Assembly (NCBI GenBank): GCA_965262745.1 | Contig: OZ253558.1 | Location: forward strand, 1,090,567 to 1,154,566 | DNA: 64,000 nucleotides | Direction: 5' to 3' | Source: Chloroflexota bacterium | GTDB taxonomy: Bacteria > Chloroflexota > UBA11872 | Part shown: positions 57,667 through 64,000 of the stretch, one piece after another | Position numbering within the stretch: the stretch's first letter is position 1 | How the letters are laid out: every line of letters starts with the position of its first letter | Notes under the pieces: generated by a model | The model's input: the letters and a program-made list of their open reading frames with translations, nothing else | What the model was told of the DNA's origin: nothing | Databases searched by the model: none | Made by a program: the position numbers and the translations under genes

Positions 57667-59421
57667 GTGGCGGAACTGGACCTGTTCGGCGAGCTGGCGG
57701 TTATCGGCGGCCTGGCCGTGGCCGCCGCAATCGGCCTGCACCGCTTCGGACTTCCCTCAACGGTCGGGTTCCTGATCACCGGCGCCATCGCTGGACCGCA
57801 TGGCCTCGGGCTGGTTGGCGACTCGGAGCACATTGAGCAAATCGCCGAAATCGGCGTGATTTTGCTCCTGTTCGCGGTCGGGCTCGAGTTCTCGCTCTCG
57901 CGTCTGCGCTTCATCTGGAAGGCGGTCGCGTTTGGAGGCTCCTTGCAGGTCGGCGTCACCACCCTTGCGACGCTCGCCATTCTCCTGATCGCGGGAGACA
58001 CGGTCCCGCGCGGCATCGTCTTCGGGCTTGTCGTGGCGCTGTCGAGCACGGTTGTCGTGCTGCGCGTGCTCACGGTCCGCGGCGAGTTGGATGCGCCGCA
58101 CGGACGCTTCATCGTGGGCGCGCTGATCTTCCAGGACCTACTGGTGATCCCGCTCACGCTGCTCGTGCCGGCGCTGGCTGGCGGCAACAACAGTGGCGTC
58201 GCTTTGGAGGTCGCGTGGGAGTTGGCGCGCGCGGTCTTGGCCGTGGTCGCCCTGCTCGTCGTGGCTCGATTCCTGATCCCGCGAATCTTCCGCGCCGTGG
58301 ACGCCACCCGCACGCGCGAGGTGTTTCTGCTGACCGTGATTTCGATCGCCCTCGGTTCCGCGTGGCTGATGAACCAACTGGGGCTATCGGTCGCCCTCGG
58401 AGCGTTCCTCGCGGGCATGCTCCTCGCCGACACCGACTACGGTCACCGCGCGACAAGCGACATCATCCCGCTCCGCGACGCCTTCACCAGCTTTTTCTTC
58501 ATCTCGCTGGGAATGATTGTCGACTGGCAAGTCTTCGTGGACCATCCGGTCCTCGCGGTGCTCATCGTGCTCGGCCTCGTATTTGGCAAGGCCCTCGTGG
58601 CATCGGTGGCGGCGCTGGCGATGCGAAATCCGGCGAGCGTGGCCTGGCGGTCGGGCATCTACCTAGCGCAGTTCGGCGAGTTCGGCTACGTGGTGCTCCT
58701 CCTTGGCGCCAGCGTGGGCCTGGTCTCCGCCCCGGAGCTACGCCTCGTCGTCACCACCGGGGTCGTGAGCATGGTGTTGTCGCGGGTGCTGATGCATTGG
58801 ACCGGCGGCCTGCATGCGGGGGAGAAACTGCTGCGCCCGTTGGAACGGCTGCTGCGCGCGCGCGGCATCGACGAGCCGACCGTGCAGGACGCGCACCTCA
58901 CTGACCACGCGGTGATCGCGGGCTACGGGGTCGCGGGGCGGCTGCTCGCGCGCACGCTGGCACAGGCCGAGGTTCCCTACGTCGTCCTGGAAGTCGACGC
59001 CGACCGCGTACGCGAGGGCCGGCGCGAGCATGCCCACGTCTACTACGGCGACGTCACCAGCCCGGAGGCACTGGCGCATGCACGCCTCAACCACGCACGC
59101 GTGTTGGTTCTCGTCATCAACGACCCGCTCGCCGTGCGCCGCGCGATCGCTGCCGTGCGGACAGATTCGCCGGACGTGCCAATCCTCGCCCGGACTCGCT
59201 ACCTATCCGAGCGTGACGGCCTGGTCGCCTTGGGAGCCAGCCACGTCGTCTGCGAGGAAGTGGAAGGCGGAACGGAAATGACGGCGCGCGTGCTCAAGGC
59301 CCTTGGCCTCGACGCTCCCGCGATTCACGCCCAGATCGACACGGCGCTCGGCTCTTCGACCGACGAATACCTCGCCGGCGCGATGGACGACTGGACCGAA
59401 CCCGCCGACCAGAAGCCATGA
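57667..59421 (+). CDS. Kef-type monovalent cation:proton antiporter (CPA2) with a C-terminal TrkA-N/RCK domain
   Basis: The 584-aa ORF has about 12 TM helices. The C-terminal Rossmann motif reads VIAGYGVAGRLLAR. Confidence 0.8.
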   Translation: MAELDLFGELAVIGGLAVAAAIGLHRFGLPSTVGFLITGAIAGPHGLGLVGDSEHIEQIAEIGVILLLFAVGLEFSLSRLRFIWKAVAFGGSLQVGVTTLATLAILLIAGDTVPRGIVFGLVVALSSTVVVLRVLTVRGELDAPHGRFIVGALIFQDLLVIPLTLLVPALAGGNNSGVALEVAWELARAVLAVVALLVVARFLIPRIFRAVDATRTREVFLLTVISIALGSAWLMNQLGLSVALGAFLAGMLLADTDYGHRATSDIIPLRDAFTSFFFISLGMIVDWQVFVDHPVLAVLIVLGLVFGKALVASVAALAMRNPASVAWRSGIYLAQFGEFGYVVLLLGASVGLVSAPELRLVVTTGVVSMVLSRVLMHWTGGLHAGEKLLRPLERLLRARGIDEPTVQDAHLTDHAVIAGYGVAGRLLARTLAQAEVPYVVLEVDADRVREGRREHAHVYYGDVTSPEALAHARLNHARVLVLVINDPLAVRRAIAAVRTDSPDVPILARTRYLSERDGLVALGASHVVCEEVEGGTEMTARVLKALGLDAPAIHAQIDTALGSSTDEYLAGAMDDWTEPADQKP

Positions 59422-59685
59422 CAGCCGGCCTGGAGCTTCCGGCGATGCGCTGACCCGGTCGTTAGGCTAGCGGCGCTCATCGGATCCAGACCACATTTCG
59501 GGCTCCGGCCCCAGGTTGAATCCCTTTCCGCGCGACCGCTCACCGCACCCGCGCGCCTCGGCGGCCCTGCAAAACGTCGAGCCCCTCAGCACGTCCCGTG
59601 CGGCGTGGGATGCGGACGCATAGAATTGGGCAAGTCGTCGAAGTGCGATCACCGTGATCGCCACGCGCAACAAGAAGCGCCGCAT

Positions 59686-60567
59686 ATGGAAAAGAACACT
59701 CTCACCGTCAAGCGAGGCCTGGCCCAGATGCTCAAGGGCGGCGTGATCATGGACGTCGTCAACGCCGAGCAGGCGAAGATCGCCGAGGACGCCGGCGCGG
59801 CGGCCGTGATGGCCCTCGAGCGCGTGCCGGCTGACATCCGCGCGGATGGCGGCGTGGCGCGCATGGCCGATCCCGAGAAGATCATCGAGATCCAAACGGC
59901 GGTGACCATTCCGGTCATGGCCAAGTGCCGCATCGGCCACTTCGTCGAGGCCGAGCTGCTCCAGGCCCTCGGCGTCGACTACATCGACGAATCGGAGGTC
60001 CTTACGCCCGCCGACGAGGCGCACCACGTGGACAAGCAGGGATTTGACGTGCCGTTCGTCTGCGGCTGCCGCAACCTTGGCGAGGCGCTGCGCCGCATCG
60101 GCGAAGGCGCGGCCATGATCCGCACCAAGGGCGAGGCCGGCACCGGGGACATCGTCGAGGCCGTGCGCCACATGCGCGCGGTGATGGGCGACCTGCGCCG
60201 CCTCACGACCATGCGCGAGGACGAATGGCCAACCTTTGCGAAGGACATTCAGGCGCCGATCGACCTGGTCGCGGCGGTGGCGCGCGAAGGCCGGCTGCCG
60301 GTGGTGAACTTCGCCGCGGGCGGCGTGGCGACTCCGGCCGACGCCGCGCTGATGATGCGCCTCGGCGCCGACGGCGTCTTCGTCGGCAGCGGCATCTTCA
60401 AGTCAAGCGATCCAGCGGCGCGAGCCAAGGCGGTCGTCGAGGCCACCACGCACTTTCAAGACGCCAGCATCATCGCGACCGCCTCGCGCGGCCTTGGCGA
60501 GCCGATGGCGGGCATTGCCCGCGACACCCTCGAGCCGGAGGAGCTACTCGCTAGTCGTGGGTGGTAG
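59686..60567 (+). CDS. pdxS: Pyridoxal 5'-phosphate synthase lyase subunit PdxS
   Basis: PdxS blocks are present ([37 protein letters not shown]). The start is taken at MEKNTL. Confidence 0.9.
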   Translation: MEKNTLTVKRGLAQMLKGGVIMDVVNAEQAKIAEDAGAAAVMALERVPADIRADGGVARMADPEKIIEIQTAVTIPVMAKCRIGHFVEAELLQALGVDYIDESEVLTPADEAHHVDKQGFDVPFVCGCRNLGEALRRIGEGAAMIRTKGEAGTGDIVEAVRHMRAVMGDLRRLTTMREDEWPTFAKDIQAPIDLVAAVAREGRLPVVNFAAGGVATPADAALMMRLGADGVFVGSGIFKSSDPAARAKAVVEATTHFQDASIIATASRGLGEPMAGIARDTLEPEELLASRGW

Positions 60568-60579
60568 GCCTCCGCGAGC

Positions 60580-61158
60580 GTGACCGCCGTCATCGGCGTG
60601 CTGGCCCTGCAGGGCGACTTTGCCGAGCATGTCGCCATGCTCCGGAGCCTGGGGGTCGAAACGCGCGAGGTGCGCGTGCCCCGCGATCTCACCGGGTTGG
60701 ACGGGCTCGTGATCCCGGGCGGCGAGAGCACGACCATTGGGCAGCTGCTGGAGACCTACGCGCTGCTCGAGCCGGTCCGCGCTCGCGGCGCGTCCGGGTT
60801 TCCCATCTGGGGAACTTGCGCGGGGCTGATCCTGCTCGCCAGGGACGTCGGAACCCCCCAGCCCGTGCTCGGCTTGATGGACATCGCGGTTGAACGCAAC
60901 GCCTTCGGACGCCAGACCGATAGCTTCGAAACCGATCTCGAGTTTTGCGGCTTGTCAGGCGGCGCGCTGCATGCGGTGTTCATCCGTGCACCCATCGTGA
61001 GTCGCGTGGGCGACAGCGTGGAGGTGCTCGCGCGGCTCGACGACGGCCGCATCGTGGCCGTGCGGCAAGAAAACCTGCTGGGAACGGCATTCCACCCCGA
61101 GTTGACACCCGACACGCGCCTGCACAGTCTGTTCGTGGAAATGGCGCAGGCCTCGTGA
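60580..61158 (+). CDS. pdxT: Pyridoxal 5'-phosphate synthase glutaminase subunit PdxT
   Basis: It has the GATase triad context (GTCAG, GTAFHPE). It follows pdxS by 12 nt. Confidence 0.85.
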   Translation: MTAVIGVLALQGDFAEHVAMLRSLGVETREVRVPRDLTGLDGLVIPGGESTTIGQLLETYALLEPVRARGASGFPIWGTCAGLILLARDVGTPQPVLGLMDIAVERNAFGRQTDSFETDLEFCGLSGGALHAVFIRAPIVSRVGDSVEVLARLDDGRIVAVRQENLLGTAFHPELTPDTRLHSLFVEMAQAS

Positions 61159-61172
61159 ACGTCTCCAGCTCC

Positions 61173-62150
61173 ATGCTCGGGCCCTGGCACGTGCCCACGC
61201 TCGTCGGCACGTTCGTCCTGGCCAACCTGCCGCGCGTGGACGTGGTGACCTACCACGGTCGCCATGTCCCCGCGCTCATGGCTGCCGGCGCCGCGCTGCC
61301 CGGAGTGGCGCCCGACCTGCAAGCGGTCGGGGCGTGGACCGGACCCCGTCTCCGGGGATTCGGCCTGTTGCGCTGTGCACCGGCGGCGCGCCGCGCCAGC
61401 GTGCAGGCCCTTACGCTGCTGGCCCCGCGCACCCCTCGCGACTCAGCGCGCCCACTGCAGTTGGAAATCGCCGAGGCCATGCTGCAACGCCTTGCCGTAT
61501 GCGCAGCGGCACAGGGGCGTCCAATCCTCGTGGCGCGTCTGTGGGAGGACAGCCCATACGCCCCGGCCTTCACGGCCAACGGTTTCTCGACCGCGGCAAT
61601 CGAAAACGAATATGAGCGATCGCCCGGGCCGGTTGGCGACCCGCCCGCGATCGAGGGGCTGCGCGCTCAGGAAGCTCCCGACGCCTGGGACGTGATGCAA
61701 CTCTATCGTGCGATTACACCGGCCGCCGTGCTGCGGGCCGAGGCACGGACCATGGAGGAGATGGAGCAACCGCCGCCGCGCACGTCGGGACTCAGACCCT
61801 GGCTAAGCGCGATGGACATTGAACGCAACGTGGTCGCCGACGAGCACGGACTCGTCGCCTGGCTGGAGCTGCGCCTGGATGCCGGGGAGAGTCATCGGCT
61901 CACGCTGATGCTCCACCCGCGCGGCAATCACCTGGCACCCGCGATGGTGCGCTGGGCCCTGTGGCGCTTGGCCGCCGCGGCGCCGCGCCCCGTGCGCATC
62001 GGGGTCCGCGAGGCCCACTCGCCAATCGGCGCCGCCCTGGAGGCGTTGGGATTCACGCTTGCCAGCACCCGTGCGCTCATGGTCAAGGACGTGGCCGAGC
62101 GCGTGGCCGCCCGGGTGCCCGGCGTGGTGCTGGATGGAGCGCCTGGGTAA
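61173..62150 (+). CDS. Hypothetical protein, possibly a tandem GNAT-like acyltransferase
   Basis: This is the in-frame continuation of ORF 60945..62150 past the pdxT stop. I see weak GNAT-like blocks only. Confidence 0.35.
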   Translation: MLGPWHVPTLVGTFVLANLPRVDVVTYHGRHVPALMAAGAALPGVAPDLQAVGAWTGPRLRGFGLLRCAPAARRASVQALTLLAPRTPRDSARPLQLEIAEAMLQRLAVCAAAQGRPILVARLWEDSPYAPAFTANGFSTAAIENEYERSPGPVGDPPAIEGLRAQEAPDAWDVMQLYRAITPAAVLRAEARTMEEMEQPPPRTSGLRPWLSAMDIERNVVADEHGLVAWLELRLDAGESHRLTLMLHPRGNHLAPAMVRWALWRLAAAAPRPVRIGVREAHSPIGAALEALGFTLASTRALMVKDVAERVAARVPGVVLDGAPG

Positions 62151-63642
62151 TCCCATGGAAGATCCAGCCGGACCGCTCACGGCCGCCGCCGGGCCGATAC
62201 CGCATCCGGCGGCCTCGGATCGCGAGGAGCTTGACCGGCTCGTGGCCGCGCTGCCGTCCGCGATGCGGGACGCGCTGCAGGCCTTGCCTGAATGGGAGAC
62301 GCTCGTCGAACTCGTGCTCGACATCGGCCGCTGTCCTGAAGCGCGGCTCGACAGCCGGTCGGTGGCGCTCATGGACCGCGAGGTCACGGGAGACGATCTG
62401 CATCAGGTCGTGGCGGCCATTGGCGCCTTCACCGCCGACAATCGCGCGGGTATCGCCCGCACCCTGCACCGCTTCTCGGCGCTGCGCAATCGCTCGGGCA
62501 GCATCGTCGGGCTCACCATCCGACGGGGGCGGGCGCTGCACGGCACCACGCACGTGGTGGCCGACATCGTCACCTCACGGTGCAATCTGCTGCTGCTCGG
62601 GCCGCCGGGCGTGGGCAAGACCACGATGCTGCGGGAGATTGCCCGCGTCTTGGCCAGCGACGAGGACCGCCGGGTCGTCGTGGTGGACACGTCGAACGAG
62701 ATCGCGGGCGACGGCGACATTCCGCACGCGGGCATCGGGCGCGCGCGCCGCATGCAGGTAGCGCAGCCGGACCTGCAGCACCGCGTCATGATCGAAGCGG
62801 TCGAGAACCACATGCCCGAAGTCGTGGTCGTCGATGAGATCGGCACCGAAGCCGAGGCCCGCGCCGCCCGCACGATCGCCGAGCGCGGCGTGCAACTCGT
62901 GGCCACGGCCCACGGCCAGACACTCGAAAACGTGCTGCTCAACCCGTTGCTGGCCGACCTCGTCGGCGGCGTCGAGGCGGTGACCCTCGGCGATGACGAG
63001 GCGCGCCGCCGCGGCACGCAGAAAACCGTGTTGGAGCGCCGCGCGCCGCCTAGCTTCCACATCCTCATCGAGCTGCACAGCCGCGACACGTTCGTGATCT
63101 ACACCGACGTCGCCGAGACGGTTGACGCGCTGCTGCGCGGGCTGCCGGCTCCCGGCGAGCGCCGCGTGCGCTTGGCCGATGGACGCGCCGAGCGCGAGCA
63201 GATCAACCAGCCGCCGCGTGATCCCGCCCGCCCTCCGCTCGCGTTGCGCGGGCCCAGCGCCGCGAATCCGAACCGCGCGGCGACCGGCAGTCTCCAAATC
63301 CTCCCGTTCGGCGTCGGGCGCAATCGCCTGGAGCAGGCCATCGTGAACACGGGCGTCGACGCTCGGCTTGTGCGGGACCTCGGCGGCGCAGAGGTCGTGA
63401 TGACGCTGCGCAGCTTCTTCCGCCGCCGTCCCCGCCTGCTGCGCGATGCTGAAGCCCGGGGAACGCCGGTCTACGTGCTGCGCAGCAACACCGTCTTGCA
63501 AATGGAGTCGTGCCTGACCGAGATGGTCGAGGCCGGCGCGGCAGCCAACGGTGACGCGTCGGCCCAGCCCCGCCCAGACGCGTCTGGGCCCAGTGGTCCC
63601 GCACAGCGGCTGCGGCTGGCCCTCACACAACCACGCACGTGA
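62134..63642 (+). CDS. P-loop ATPase of the SpoIIIAA/Ycf45-like (R3H-associated) family
   Basis: It has a Walker A (LLGPPGVGKTT) and a Walker B (VVVVDEIG). The start choice is uncertain. Confidence 0.5.
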   Translation: MERLGNPMEDPAGPLTAAAGPIPHPAASDREELDRLVAALPSAMRDALQALPEWETLVELVLDIGRCPEARLDSRSVALMDREVTGDDLHQVVAAIGAFTADNRAGIARTLHRFSALRNRSGSIVGLTIRRGRALHGTTHVVADIVTSRCNLLLLGPPGVGKTTMLREIARVLASDEDRRVVVVDTSNEIAGDGDIPHAGIGRARRMQVAQPDLQHRVMIEAVENHMPEVVVVDEIGTEAEARAARTIAERGVQLVATAHGQTLENVLLNPLLADLVGGVEAVTLGDDEARRRGTQKTVLERRAPPSFHILIELHSRDTFVIYTDVAETVDALLRGLPAPGERRVRLADGRAEREQINQPPRDPARPPLALRGPSAANPNRAATGSLQILPFGVGRNRLEQAIVNTGVDARLVRDLGGAEVVMTLRSFFRRRPRLLRDAEARGTPVYVLRSNTVLQMESCLTEMVEAGAAANGDASAQPRPDASGPSGPAQRLRLALTQPRT

Positions 63643-64000
63643 GCGTCGACGGCAAGCGGCGCGGGCTGTTCATTGCCTTCGAAGGGCCCGAGGGCTGCGG
63701 AAAATCCACCCAGGCGCGGCTGCTGGCCGATCGCCTGCAGCGCGCCGGCTTGGACGTGCTGCTGTCGCGCGAGCCCGGCGGCACCGATTTTGGCGAACGG
63801 TTGCGGACGCTCATGCTCCGGGAGCGATCCTTGCCGGACTTGGAGCCGCGCGTGCAGGCGCTGCTCATGCTCGCGGCGCGCGCCCAGCACGTCGCTGAGC
63901 GCCTCCGCCCCTGGCTCAGCGGCGGCGGCGTCGTGGTGTGCGACCGGTTCGCCGCGTCGACGCTGGCGTACCAGGGCGCCGGCTTTGGTCTCGACGCCGA
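63639..64000 (+). CDS. tmk: Thymidylate kinase, 3'-truncated by the window edge
   Basis: From GTG at 63639 the frame reads VSVDGKRRGLFIAFEGPEGCGKSTQARLLADRL...LSREPGGT...CDRF and stays open to the window end. This ORF is absent from the supplied track because it has no stop codon. Confidence 0.8.
   Translation, partial: MSVDGKRRGLFIAFEGPEGCGKSTQARLLADRLQRAGLDVLLSREPGGTDFGERLRTLMLRERSLPDLEPRVQALLMLAARAQHVAERLRPWLSGGGVVVCDRFAASTLAYQGAGFGLDA

Noticed and set aside
1-64000. CRISPR arrays, rRNA genes, integrases and transposases
   Set aside because: I scanned for regularly spaced short direct repeats, rRNA-like conserved stretches and tyrosine/serine recombinase or DDE motifs in the ORF translations. 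None was found, and the repeats present are REP-like palindromes and long gene-end duplications.

Overview
This 64-kb window is high-GC (about 65-70%) bacterial chromosomal DNA. The family-level calls below rest on recognised motifs in the translations, not on searches. I cannot assign a lineage from sequence alone. The window is a mosaic of core metabolic genes and several lower-GC acquired blocks.

- Core genes include a DnaE2-like polymerase fragment, a betaine/dimethylglycine catabolism cluster, PdxS/PdxT, thymidylate kinase and a Kef-type antiporter.
- Block (i), about 1.4-7.4 kb, carries eukaryote-like lipid genes: a GOLPH3/GPP34-like protein, a frameshifted cytochrome P450 and a close homologue of ERG6-type sterol C-24 methyltransferase. 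It sits beside a decayed MMPL/RND transporter and an HNH remnant.
- Block (ii) is a 3-gene cassette (EEP-family, ADP-ribosylglycohydrolase, small unknown) bracketed by a roughly 200-bp duplication of the neighbouring dehydrogenase 3' end.
- Block (iii) is an AAA_21-type ATPase paired with a DUF4276-like protein, a likely defence pair.
- Block (iv), about 12.9 kb, is bounded by an intact tRNA-Leu(GAG) and a tRNA 3' remnant, with no integrase. It carries a 1181-aa RecB-like nuclease + RNaseH-like + SF1-helicase fusion, a DUF45/M48-like hydrolase, a complete type I R-M system (hsdM, hsdS, hsdR), a HepT/MNT toxin-antitoxin pair and two lower-GC unknown genes embedded in the R-M operon.

Three separate cargo insertions are each flanked by 120-200-bp imperfect direct repeats of the adjacent gene end. 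A REP-like palindromic repeat family with consensus about GGGTAGGGRCGRTTCGCGAAYCGCCC occurs in several intergenic spacers. I found no CRISPR array, no rRNA and no integrase or transposase.
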